NCBI GenBank assembly: GCA_031269545.1
Contig: JAISYZ010000027.1
Location: 2,367-66,366 of the forward strand
Length of the DNA: 64,000 bases
Source: Prevotellaceae bacterium
GTDB lineage: Bacteria; Bacteroidota; Bacteroidia; Bacteroidales; UBA932
Reading direction: 5' to 3'
This document shows, in pieces, positions 50,923-60,120 of the stretch. Made by a program: the position numbers and the translations under genes. The notes below the pieces were generated by a model. The model had not been told where the DNA came from and ran no database searches. It was given only the letters and a program-made list of their open reading frames with translations. The first letter of the stretch is position 1. Each line of letters begins with the position of its first letter.

Positions 50923-52734
50923 ATGAAAAGAAATATCAAATTCTTAAGAAACGCGGCAATCGCATTATTAATGATGAACGCTGTCGCTTTTATGTCGTGC
51001 AGCAAAGACGATGAACATATTGCCGTTACAGGTATCAGCATTGAACCAGCTACACTCACCCTTGTTGTAGGTGGAACGCATACTCTCACGGCAACACTGT
51101 TGCCCGACAATGCTGCCAATAAAACCCTAACATGGACAAGCAGCGCCACAGGCTTTGCAACGGTTGACGCTTCCACAGGCAAAGTAACAGCCATTGCCGA
51201 AGGCGCCGCAACAATTACTGCAACCACTGCCAACGGCAAGTCGTCAATCTGCATTGTTACGGTAATAGAGTCCGAAGTTCCCGTTACGGGTATTACGGTA
51301 ATGCCTGCAACTCTGGATCTTCTTGCGGGCGACACTTATACTCTCGCGGCAACCGTAGTTCCCGATGATGCTGATAACAAAAATATAAGATGGAGCAGCA
51401 ATAATACCGATGCTGTAACAGTTGACGAAAACACAGGCGAAGTAACAGCCGTTGCCAAAGGCGTGGCAACCATTACGGCGGCTGCGGGAGGCAAATCGGC
51501 AACCTGTATCGTTACGGTAACAATGCCCGAAGTGCCTGCTGAAAGCGTTGCGGTTGTCCCCGACAATTTAACACTTAATGTTGGCGCAAAGGAAACATTA
51601 ACGGCAACAGTCGCACCCGACAATGTTACCGACAAAACAGTAACATGGACAAGCAATGCCACCGACTTTGTAACGGTCAATGCCGCCACAGGCGAAGTAA
51701 CAGCCGTTGCTGAAGGTGCATCTGTCATTACGGCTACCACCGTCAACGGCAAAACCGCTACATGCAACGTTACCGTAAGCGACATCAAAGATGTGTATGT
51801 GGCAGGATACGAAAACAACGGCAGCCATACTTACGCCAAACTGTGGAAAAACGGAGTCGCTCAATCGCTTGAAGGAACAGCAGGAACAAATACTACTTAT
51901 GCAAAATCCGTTTTTGTTTTGGGCAGCGATGTGTATGTGTCAGGAAGCGAAACCAACGGATCGGTTTATACCCCAAGATTGTGGAAAAACGGCGCATTGC
52001 AGTCTCTTGCGAGCGGATCGTACAATGCGGAAGCCAATGCCGTTTACGTATCGGGCAGCGATGTGTATGCGGCAGGATATGAAAGCAACGGAACAAAAGC
52101 TGTTGCCAAAGTGTGGAAAAACGGCGTATCAGAAGCGCTTACCGATGGTACAAACGATGCCTATGCATATTCTATTTCTGTATCTAACAGCGGCGATGTA
52201 TATGTAGCAGGATATGAAAGCAACGGCAGTCGCAGTGTTGCCAAAGTATGGAAAAACGGCACAGCAACCCCGCTTACAGACGGTACACAATATGCCTATG
52301 CACGCTCGGTTTACGTATCGGGCGATGATGTTTATGTTGCAGGCGAAGAACGCAAATCAAGTCCTACCGCCTATAAAGCCAAAGTATGGAAAAACGGCAC
52401 ACTGCTGTACGAACTCACAGACGGATCAAGAAATGCATATACATATTCGGTTTATGTGTCAAATAATGGCGATGTATATGCGGCAGGCTGGGAGAATAAC
52501 GGTTCGCGCATGGTTGCCAAAGTATGGAAAAATGGCAGCCCGTTATACAGCCTTACTGACGGCGTAAACAATGGTTATGCATATTCTGTTTATGTATCGG
52601 GCAGCGATGTATATACGGCAGGATACGAAAATAACGGAACTAACATGGTTGCCAAAGTGTGGAAAAACGAAGATGTGGAATCAATCAGCAGCGGCAGTAC
52701 AGATTCAAGACCTGCATCCATATTTGTGAAGTAA
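50923..52734 (+). CDS. Surface lipoprotein: three BIG2 (bacterial Ig-like group 2) domains plus seven WKNG repeats (propeller-like)
   Basis: Lipoprotein signal MKRNIKFLRNAAIALLMMNAVAFMSCS; three units of about 80 aa (TLTATxxPDNA...VTWTSS...VDxxTGxVTAxxxG); then seven units of about 44 aa (DVYVAGYExNGS..VAKVWKNG...LTDG..AYAxSVYVSG). Confidence 0.8.
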   Translation: MKRNIKFLRNAAIALLMMNAVAFMSCSKDDEHIAVTGISIEPATLTLVVGGTHTLTATLLPDNAANKTLTWTSSATGFATVDASTGKVTAIAEGAATITATTANGKSSICIVTVIESEVPVTGITVMPATLDLLAGDTYTLAATVVPDDADNKNIRWSSNNTDAVTVDENTGEVTAVAKGVATITAAAGGKSATCIVTVTMPEVPAESVAVVPDNLTLNVGAKETLTATVAPDNVTDKTVTWTSNATDFVTVNAATGEVTAVAEGASVITATTVNGKTATCNVTVSDIKDVYVAGYENNGSHTYAKLWKNGVAQSLEGTAGTNTTYAKSVFVLGSDVYVSGSETNGSVYTPRLWKNGALQSLASGSYNAEANAVYVSGSDVYAAGYESNGTKAVAKVWKNGVSEALTDGTNDAYAYSISVSNSGDVYVAGYESNGSRSVAKVWKNGTATPLTDGTQYAYARSVYVSGDDVYVAGEERKSSPTAYKAKVWKNGTLLYELTDGSRNAYTYSVYVSNNGDVYAAGWENNGSRMVAKVWKNGSPLYSLTDGVNNGYAYSVYVSGSDVYTAGYENNGTNMVAKVWKNEDVESISSGSTDSRPASIFVK

Positions 52735-52965
52735 GCAACAAAGCGAAAAACGAAATTAATGATTAATCTATTAAGAATTAAGAGATAAACAGATAATGAT
52801 TAATGAACAATTAATAATGAATAACGAAGAGCGAAAGGCTCGGAGGCGATTATGTTTCTACCAACGTTGCGTTCCTATGGAACGGAGAACAACAACCTGA
52901 CAGGTTTACAAACGAATAGACAAACAATGAATATAGTAAATAAGATAATTTTAATAAACAAAGAA

Positions 52966-54801
52966 ATGAAAAGAAATATCAAATTCTTAAGAAACGCGGC
53001 AATCGCATTATTAATGATGAACGCTGCCGCTTTTATGTCGTGCAGCGAAAATGAAGAAATAGTTGCAGTTACCGACATCAGTGTCGAACCCTCTACGCTC
53101 ACCCTTCTTGTAGGAGAAACGCACACTCTTACAGTAAAAACCTTTCCCGAAAATGCTAACGGCAAAGTCGCCATATCGTGGGCAAGTAACGATACAAACG
53201 TAGCAACAGTTAATGCTATCACAGGCGAAGTAACGGCTGTTGATGCAGGCGTGGCAATCATTGTAGGAGGCTTGGCTGGCACAGGCAAAACAGTATCGTG
53301 CATCGTTACGGTAGAAGTACCTGCCGAAAACGTAACGGTTGAACCGGCAACGCATGAACTCCTTGTCGGAGCAAAATACACGCTTACGGCAACAGTGCTT
53401 CCCGACAATGCTACCTATAAAACCGTAACATGGACAAGCAGCGCCGCCGACATCGCAACTGTCGATGCAGCCACAGGCGAAGTAACGGCAGTTGGCGTAG
53501 GCGAAGCAACAATTACAGCATCATCGGGAGGAAAAACAGGAACTTGCAGCCTCACCGTGAAACCCATACCTGTTGAAAGCATTACAATAGAGAGTGAAGA
53601 CTTCGAACTTGAAGCAGGCTCAACACGGACGCTCACGGCAACAGTGCTTCCCGACAATGCTACCTATAAAACCGTAACATGGACAAGCAGCGCAACCAAC
53701 ATCGCAACTGTCGATGCAGCCACAGGCGAAGTAACAGGTATTGCCACAGGCGTAGCGGTAATCACTGCTACAGCAGGCGACAAGTCTGCTACCCGCAACG
53801 TTACCGTAGTACCGCAAAACGATATATTTTTGACGGTTAAACCCGCAGGCAGCGGCTTGGTTAGGATTTATACTTTAGCGCAGCATCTTGTTGTTAACTG
53901 GGGAGATGGATCAAGCAATGAAGAATATAACAGTTGCACCGAAATATCTCACACTTATGCCGATGTCAGTTCGACTTACAGTGTAAAGATTATGCTGACG
54001 CAGGGATTAACAACATTTGGCGATGTGCTGTACAATAATAATATGACTAGCGACTATGTCAGTCCACGTATGACTGGCGAGATACATTTTGCATCTTTCA
54101 ATGACTGTCCCGATTTGAATGTTTTGGCAATAACAAACAACAAGTTAACAGGATTGGAGTTGAAAGAATGTCCTGCGCTCTTATATTTGAACTGTACAAC
54201 AAATAAAGTAACAACTTTGGATGTGGGCAATGTTACGACATTACAGTATATATTTTTCAACAGCAATACATTAAGCGCTATCAACATGAGCGGTTTATCA
54301 GCATTAAAGACATTGAAATTATACTCTAATTCATTAACATCTTTGAATGTGAACGACTGTACATCGTTAAAATATTTGGATTGCGGTTATAACAAAATAA
54401 CTTCGTTGACTTTGAACAGCGCCTGCAAAACTACATTAACAGATTTGGATTGCAGTTATAATGAATTGACAAGTCTCGATGTGTCGGGTTTCACCGCACT
54501 GGCTTATTTTACCTGCAGAAATAACAAACTGAAAACATTGGATATAAGGGACTGTACAGGCTTGGCCGGAACAACATACTGTCTTTACAATCAATTGGAA
54601 ACAGTTCATGTACTCGGTGCAATATTCGAGAAGTTAAGGCTGATAGACAATCAATTAACTGCTACCGAACTCAACAGGATATTTACCGATTTACATGACA
54701 GAACAGGAATGGGAGCAGGAGTACTTTGGATTGGCAGCAATCCCGGAACAAACGACTGCGATAGATCCATAGCAACAAGCAAAAACTATGTTTTCTGGTA
54801 A
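52966..54801 (+). CDS. Surface lipoprotein: three BIG2 domains plus C-terminal leucine-rich repeats (BspA-like)
   Basis: ATG at 52966 gives a signal peptide differing at one residue from the preceding gene; LRR units such as LTSLNVNDCTSLKYLDCGYNKITSLTL; the upstream extension in the ORF track runs through repeat DNA. Confidence 0.8.
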   Translation: MKRNIKFLRNAAIALLMMNAAAFMSCSENEEIVAVTDISVEPSTLTLLVGETHTLTVKTFPENANGKVAISWASNDTNVATVNAITGEVTAVDAGVAIIVGGLAGTGKTVSCIVTVEVPAENVTVEPATHELLVGAKYTLTATVLPDNATYKTVTWTSSAADIATVDAATGEVTAVGVGEATITASSGGKTGTCSLTVKPIPVESITIESEDFELEAGSTRTLTATVLPDNATYKTVTWTSSATNIATVDAATGEVTGIATGVAVITATAGDKSATRNVTVVPQNDIFLTVKPAGSGLVRIYTLAQHLVVNWGDGSSNEEYNSCTEISHTYADVSSTYSVKIMLTQGLTTFGDVLYNNNMTSDYVSPRMTGEIHFASFNDCPDLNVLAITNNKLTGLELKECPALLYLNCTTNKVTTLDVGNVTTLQYIFFNSNTLSAINMSGLSALKTLKLYSNSLTSLNVNDCTSLKYLDCGYNKITSLTLNSACKTTLTDLDCSYNELTSLDVSGFTALAYFTCRNNKLKTLDIRDCTGLAGTTYCLYNQLETVHVLGAIFEKLRLIDNQLTATELNRIFTDLHDRTGMGAGVLWIGSNPGTNDCDRSIATSKNYVFW

Positions 54802-54959
54802 TAAGAATTTAACAGAAGAACAGCACATATACCATAGCAGCAAAGAATGGAAATGTTTTCAGATAAACAAACAGGGAATCTGGGGTTTAATCATAATAAC
54901 TAAGGCTTTATAATAATTGCTGTAAAATAATTTCTATTTTTGCAAATCCGAATGGTTGG

Positions 54960-54992
54960 GCAGGGGCGCAAATAATTACGCCTCTGCTTTTT
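54960..54992 (+). terminator. Rho-independent terminator
   Basis: GCAGGGGCG / CGCCTCTGC 9-bp stem (one wobble), 10-nt loop, followed by TTTTT. Confidence 0.6.
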
Positions 54993-55154
54993 GTTGTAAG
55001 CGAAGAATTTTAAAAAGAACGTCATGTTGAATGTTAATTTATAAAGATAATAAAGGTTAAAAATTATTGTTAAAATGGGTTATTTTTTAAAATAATTAGT
55101 TACTTTTGATTTATTGTTGTACTTTGCTGCCCTAATTTTTAATATTTATGAATA

Positions 55155-55958
55155 ATGGTAACACAATTTCAAAAGTTTCTTGAGAAGAATGAACTATCAG
55201 ACAACACAGTTATATCTTATGTATGGACAGTCAACAATTATTTTCTTTTTTATGGAATCATTAACAAAAGTAATCTTTTAGCCTACAAAAGCTGGCTGAT
55301 TGAAAATTTTAAACCTGGAACAGTAAATTTGCGTTTGCAGGCATTAAATAAATTTCTTGAATTTACCAGCAAACACAGCCTGAAAATGAGATTTGTCAAG
55401 GTGCATCACAAAAGTTATCTCGAAAATGTAATTAGCGATGCCGACTACAGATTTTTTAAAACCCAACTCAGAAAAGAAGGGCTTATGGATTGGTATTTTA
55501 TCGTTTGGTTTTTGACATCCACAGGAGCGCGAATCAGTGAACTTTTGCAAATAAAAGTCGAACACGTGAAAGACGGACATTTGGATATTTATACTAAAAG
55601 CGGTACAATCAGGCGATTGCATATTCCAAAAATTCTGCGCGAGAATGCTATGCATTGGTTGAAACACGAAAGAAAATCGCACGGTTATATTTTTCAAAAT
55701 TGCAATGGCGAACGATTGACGGGAAGAACAATTGCACGATATTTGAAATTGTATGCAAAACGATACGGATTAAATACAAAAGTTATTTATCCTCATTCAT
55801 TTCGTCATCGATTTGCAAAAAATTTTCTGGATAAATTCAACGACATCGCATTGTTAGCCGATTTAATGGGACACAAAAGCATCGAAACAACAAGAATTTA
55901 CCTGCGGCGAACTGCAAGCGAACAGCAAACAATAGTAGATACGGTTATAACATGGTGA
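55155..55958 (+). CDS. Small tyrosine-type site-specific recombinase/integrase
   Basis: 267 aa; SAM-like N domain; catalytic pattern TGARISEL (R), HSFRHRFA (H-x-x-R), GHKSIETTRIYL (H...Y). Confidence 0.85.
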   Translation: MVTQFQKFLEKNELSDNTVISYVWTVNNYFLFYGIINKSNLLAYKSWLIENFKPGTVNLRLQALNKFLEFTSKHSLKMRFVKVHHKSYLENVISDADYRFFKTQLRKEGLMDWYFIVWFLTSTGARISELLQIKVEHVKDGHLDIYTKSGTIRRLHIPKILRENAMHWLKHERKSHGYIFQNCNGERLTGRTIARYLKLYAKRYGLNTKVIYPHSFRHRFAKNFLDKFNDIALLADLMGHKSIETTRIYLRRTASEQQTIVDTVITW

Positions 55959-55982
55959 TTGACGATTTAATCATTTTTTAAC

Positions 55983-55990
55983 TACCTTTG
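55983..55990 (+). promoter_or_regulatory. Candidate -7 promoter box (TACCTTTG) for leuS
   Basis: TAnnTTTG match 42 nt upstream of the ATG at 56032. Confidence 0.45.
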
Positions 55991-56031
55991 CGCAAATTTT
56001 AACTCTATAACTAAAATTACACGTAATAATT

Positions 56032-58788
56032 ATGGAATACAATTTTCGCGAAATTGAACAAAAATGGCAAAAATACTGGGCTGAAAATAAGATTTACAAA
56101 GTCGAAATAAGCGACAAACCAAAATTCTATGTTCTCGACATGTTTCCCTATCCTTCGGGAGCAGGTTTGCATGTTGGACATCCGCTTGGATATATTGCTT
56201 CTGATATTTTCAGCCGTTACAAGCGTTTGTGCGGATTCAATGTTTTGCATCCAATGGGTTATGATGCTTACGGATTGCCTGCCGAACAGTATGCAATTCA
56301 AACAGGACAGCATCCGTCTATAACGACCGAAACAAATATTAAACGCTATCGCGAACAGTTGGATAAAATAGGTTTTTGTTTCGATTGGGACAGAGAAGTG
56401 CGTACCTGCGATCCCCAATATTACAAATGGACACAATGGGCATTTATACAAATGTTCAGTTCTTATTATTGCAATCAGGCGCAACAGGCGCGTCCGATAA
56501 GCGAACTGATTGAAGTTTTTTCGCTGCAAGGAACTCGCTGTCTCGATTTGGCTTGTAGCAAACAAATGCAGTTTACGGCAGAAGAATGGAACTCGAAAGA
56601 TGAAAAAGAACAGCAGGAAATCCTGTTAAATTACCGTATTGCTTACTTGGCAGATACTATGGTAAACTGGTGTCCGAAACTCGGAACAGTTCTTGCCAAT
56701 GACGAAGTCAGCGAAGGACTGTCGATTCGCGGAGGTTATCCTGTCGAACAAAAAATAATGCGGCAATGGTGTTTGCGAGTATCAGCATACGCACAGCGTT
56801 TGCTCAACGATTTGGAAAAACTTGATTGGAGCGAAAGTCTTAAAGAAACGCAAAGAAACTGGATAGGACGTTCCGAAGGCGCTGAAATAAAATTTTATAT
56901 TGAAAGTATAGATGACGAATTAACGGTTTTCACTACACGCGCCGACACAATTTTTGGAGTAACATTTATGGTTCTTGCTCCCGAAAGCGAATATGTTGAA
57001 AAATTAACGGCAAAAGAACAAAAACAGGATGTCATTCAATATATCGAACGTACAAAACGCCGCACTGAACGTGAGCGAATAGCCGACAGAAGCGTAACGG
57101 GAGTCTTCACAGGTTCGTATGCAACAAATCCCGTAAACGGAAAGAAAATACCGATATGGATTAGCGATTACGTTCTTGCAACGTACGGCACAGGAATGAT
57201 TATGGCTGTACCTGCTCACGACAGTCGCGATTATGCATTTGCAAAACATTTCGATTTGCCTGTCATACCACTTATCGAAGGTTGCGATGTAAGCAACGAA
57301 AGTTTTGATGCAAAAGACGGTATAATGATTAATTCCGGATTTTTGAACGGACTTACGGTAACACAAGCCATAGAGACAACAAAAAAATACATGGAAGAAA
57401 ATAAGGCAGGAAAAAGAAAAGTGAACTATCGTTTGCGCGATGCCATTTTCAGTCGCCAAAGATATTGGGGCGAACCTTTTCCGATTTATTATAAACAGGG
57501 AATGCCTTATGCAATAGACGAAAAAAAGTTGCCTCTCGAATTGCCCGATATTGATAAATTTTTACCGACCGAAACAGGAGAACCGCCGCTTGGACGTGCA
57601 AAAAATTGGCAAACCGCCGAAGGCTATCCTTTGGAATTAAATACGATGCCCGGATTTGCAGGTTCATCAGCATATTATTTGCGATACATGGATCCGCACA
57701 ACGACTACGCTCTTGTTTCGCCCGAAGCAAACAAATACTGGCAAAATGTTGACTTATATGTCGGCGGCACCGAACACGCCACAGGACATTTGATTTACAG
57801 CCGTTTTTGGAATAAATTTTTATTCGATTCAGGGTTGATTATCGAAGACGAACCTTTCAAAAAATTGATAAATCAAGGCATGATACAGGGGCGAAGCAAT
57901 TTTGTTTACCGTATAAAAGGCACAAACAAATTTGTTTCGATGGGATTGAAAGATAAATATGATACAACCGAGATACATGTGGATGTAAATATTGTGAAAA
58001 ACGATATTTTGGATATTGAAAAATTCAAAAATTGGATGCCCGATTTTAATAGTGCAGAATTTATCCTCGAAGATGGAAAATACGTTTGCGGGTATGCAGT
58101 CGAAAAGATGAGCAAATCGATGTATAATGTGGTAAATCCCGATGTAATTGTAGAAAGTTACGGAGCCGATACTTTGCGAATGTACGAAATGTTTCTCGGA
58201 CCTGTTGAACAGTCTAAACCGTGGGATACAAACGGCATTGATGGCGTTCACAGATTTTTGCGCAGATTTTGGTTATTGTTTTTTGATAAAGACGGAAATT
58301 TTAAAGTATCTGACGAAAAAGCAAATCAGCAGGAATTGAAGTGCCTGCATAAAACGGTCAAGAAAATACAGTCGGATATAGAAAACTTTTCGTTTAACAC
58401 ATCCGTGTCTGCATTTATGATTTGCGTAAACGAACTTATGTCGCTAAAATGCAACAAACGTGAAATTCTCGAGCCGCTTGCAGTTATCCTTTCTCCATTT
58501 GCTCCGCACCTTACCGAAGAAATTTGGCATTTACTCGGTCATACAACAAATATTTGCGATGCGGTATTTCCCGAATATAACGAAGAATTTTTGACAGAAA
58601 GCACATTCGATTATCCTGTTTCGTTCAATGGAAAAGTGCGATTCAAAAAAGAACTTCCGCTAACGTTCGACACAAAAGAGATTGAAGAAGCCATTCTTGC
58701 CGATTCTGCCATTCAAAAGTGGCTTGCAGGCAAAACTCCAAAAAAAATAATTGTTGTAATCGGGAAGATTGTGAATGTTGTGGTATAG
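56032..58788 (+). CDS. leuS: Leucine--tRNA ligase
   Basis: 918 aa; HIGH-type motif (LHVGHPLGY) and KMSKS motif present (EKMSKSMYN). Confidence 0.96.
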   Translation: MEYNFREIEQKWQKYWAENKIYKVEISDKPKFYVLDMFPYPSGAGLHVGHPLGYIASDIFSRYKRLCGFNVLHPMGYDAYGLPAEQYAIQTGQHPSITTETNIKRYREQLDKIGFCFDWDREVRTCDPQYYKWTQWAFIQMFSSYYCNQAQQARPISELIEVFSLQGTRCLDLACSKQMQFTAEEWNSKDEKEQQEILLNYRIAYLADTMVNWCPKLGTVLANDEVSEGLSIRGGYPVEQKIMRQWCLRVSAYAQRLLNDLEKLDWSESLKETQRNWIGRSEGAEIKFYIESIDDELTVFTTRADTIFGVTFMVLAPESEYVEKLTAKEQKQDVIQYIERTKRRTERERIADRSVTGVFTGSYATNPVNGKKIPIWISDYVLATYGTGMIMAVPAHDSRDYAFAKHFDLPVIPLIEGCDVSNESFDAKDGIMINSGFLNGLTVTQAIETTKKYMEENKAGKRKVNYRLRDAIFSRQRYWGEPFPIYYKQGMPYAIDEKKLPLELPDIDKFLPTETGEPPLGRAKNWQTAEGYPLELNTMPGFAGSSAYYLRYMDPHNDYALVSPEANKYWQNVDLYVGGTEHATGHLIYSRFWNKFLFDSGLIIEDEPFKKLINQGMIQGRSNFVYRIKGTNKFVSMGLKDKYDTTEIHVDVNIVKNDILDIEKFKNWMPDFNSAEFILEDGKYVCGYAVEKMSKSMYNVVNPDVIVESYGADTLRMYEMFLGPVEQSKPWDTNGIDGVHRFLRRFWLLFFDKDGNFKVSDEKANQQELKCLHKTVKKIQSDIENFSFNTSVSAFMICVNELMSLKCNKREILEPLAVILSPFAPHLTEEIWHLLGHTTNICDAVFPEYNEEFLTESTFDYPVSFNGKVRFKKELPLTFDTKEIEEAILADSAIQKWLAGKTPKKIIVVIGKIVNVVV

Positions 58789-58810
58789 GGCGAGTTCATA
58801 AATTTTATCT

Positions 58811-58818
58811 TATCTTTG
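58811..58818 (+). promoter_or_regulatory. Candidate -7 promoter box (TATCTTTG)
   Basis: TAnnTTTG match 23 nt upstream of the ATG at 58841. Confidence 0.45.
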
Positions 58819-58840
58819 CACAAAAATTAAATAGACTGAT

Positions 58841-60022
58841 ATGAAACCGGTACATATATCTAATGGTATTTATGTAATAAATGTAAACGACAGAAGAAAA
58901 CAATTGTTCGAAAATATGTGGCCTCTACCTTGCGGCGTGGCTTACAACTGCTACATTATAGATGATGAAAAAACAGCCTTGCTCGATACCGTAGAACTTG
59001 GAAGTACAAATAAATTCATGGAATATATCGAAGACGTTTTGAAAGGAAGGCTGCTTGATTATCTCATCATCAATCACATGGAACCCGATCATTCGGGCGA
59101 AATACAAAATATACTTGCAAAATATCCAAATGTTAAACTTGCAGGTAATAAACAAACATTTAAAATCCTTCAATCATATTTCAACTGTACCGAAAATTTA
59201 ATAGAAGTAAACGATGGCTACGAATTAAATCTCGGCAAACACAATTTGAAATTTGTTACAACTCCAATGGTTCATTGGCCTGAGTCGATGATGGCTTATG
59301 ACACTGTCGATCATATCCTGTTTTCGCAGGATGCGTTCGGTTCTTTTGGAACTTTGGACGGTAAAATATTTGATGATGAGGCTGATTTTTGTGAATCCGA
59401 AATGCGCCGTTATTATTCGAATATTGTAGGAAAATACAGCCCTATGGTACAAAAAACATTTGACAAATTACAAGGATTTCGGGTACAAATTATTTGTCCG
59501 CTTCATGGAATAATATGGCGTGAAAATCCTGCCAAAGTGATGGAACTTTACAATAAATGGAGTAACTACAAAAGCGAAACGGGCGTTTTGATACTGTTTG
59601 CATCGATGTATGGAAATACCGAACAGATAGCCGATAGTGTGGCGCGTAAAATTGTTGAAAACGGAACGAAAAACGTAGCAGTTTACGATGTTTCAAAAAC
59701 TCACGTTTCGTACCTTATGAGCGAAGCATGGAAATATCGGACGATTGTACTCGGTTCGTGTTCATACAATGGCGAAATGCATCCAATGATGGAAATATTC
59801 TGTCGCGAAATAGAACATTACGGATTGAAAAATCGCACGCTTGCATTGTTCGGAACAGGCAGCTGGAGCGGCGGCGGATTAAGGAATCTGCAAAAATTTG
59901 CAGAAAATATCGGATGGGAACAAATTGCCGAACCGATTGAAATAAAAGGAATGCCCGATAACGAAAAACTTGCAAAATTTGACGGTTTCGCAAAATCAGT
60001 ATCCGATTATTGCAGGAAATAA
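58841..60022 (+). CDS. FprA-family A-type flavoprotein (flavodiiron protein)
   Basis: Metallo-beta-lactamase-like di-iron motif (INHMEPDHSG) followed by a flavodoxin-like C-terminal domain (VLILFASMYGNTE). Confidence 0.88.
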   Translation: MKPVHISNGIYVINVNDRRKQLFENMWPLPCGVAYNCYIIDDEKTALLDTVELGSTNKFMEYIEDVLKGRLLDYLIINHMEPDHSGEIQNILAKYPNVKLAGNKQTFKILQSYFNCTENLIEVNDGYELNLGKHNLKFVTTPMVHWPESMMAYDTVDHILFSQDAFGSFGTLDGKIFDDEADFCESEMRRYYSNIVGKYSPMVQKTFDKLQGFRVQIICPLHGIIWRENPAKVMELYNKWSNYKSETGVLILFASMYGNTEQIADSVARKIVENGTKNVAVYDVSKTHVSYLMSEAWKYRTIVLGSCSYNGEMHPMMEIFCREIEHYGLKNRTLALFGTGSWSGGGLRNLQKFAENIGWEQIAEPIEIKGMPDNEKLAKFDGFAKSVSDYCRK

Positions 60023-60030
60023 ATAAAGAT

Positions 60031-60120
60031 AAAAACTGCTATCAAACTGCAATTTTCATAAATTGATTATCAATAAAACAGATTGATATTTCAGGTTGTT
60101 TTGATGGCGGTTTGATATTA
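60031..60120 (+). repeat. 90-nt intergenic hairpin element, copy C
   Basis: Starts 9 nt after the fprA-like stop; aligns with copies A, B and D. Confidence 0.8.

Noticed and set aside
50808-53408. Long minus-strand ORFs inside the BIG2 genes (50808-51335, 51336-51818, 52875-53408 and several shorter ones)
   Set aside because: They are antisense shadows of GC-richer, repetitive Ala/Thr/Val-rich coding sequence. The plus-strand frames have signal peptides and clear BIG2, WKNG and LRR domain structure.
47307-54801. Diversity-generating retroelement hypothesis (the four-helix-bundle protein is Avd-like; Ig-domain surface proteins are nearby)
   Set aside because: There is no reverse transcriptase ORF anywhere in the window. 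I found no template/variable repeat pair with adenine-specific mismatches. The four-helix-bundle gene is embedded in the nrdDG operon, not next to the surface genes.
50735-55154. Invertible (phase-variable) promoter or inversion shufflon driven by the adjacent tyrosine recombinase
   Set aside because: I found no inverted repeats flanking a promoter-sized segment. The 153-nt shared modules of the two lipoprotein genes are in direct, not inverted, orientation. Only deletion or excision-type events remain plausible (see findings).
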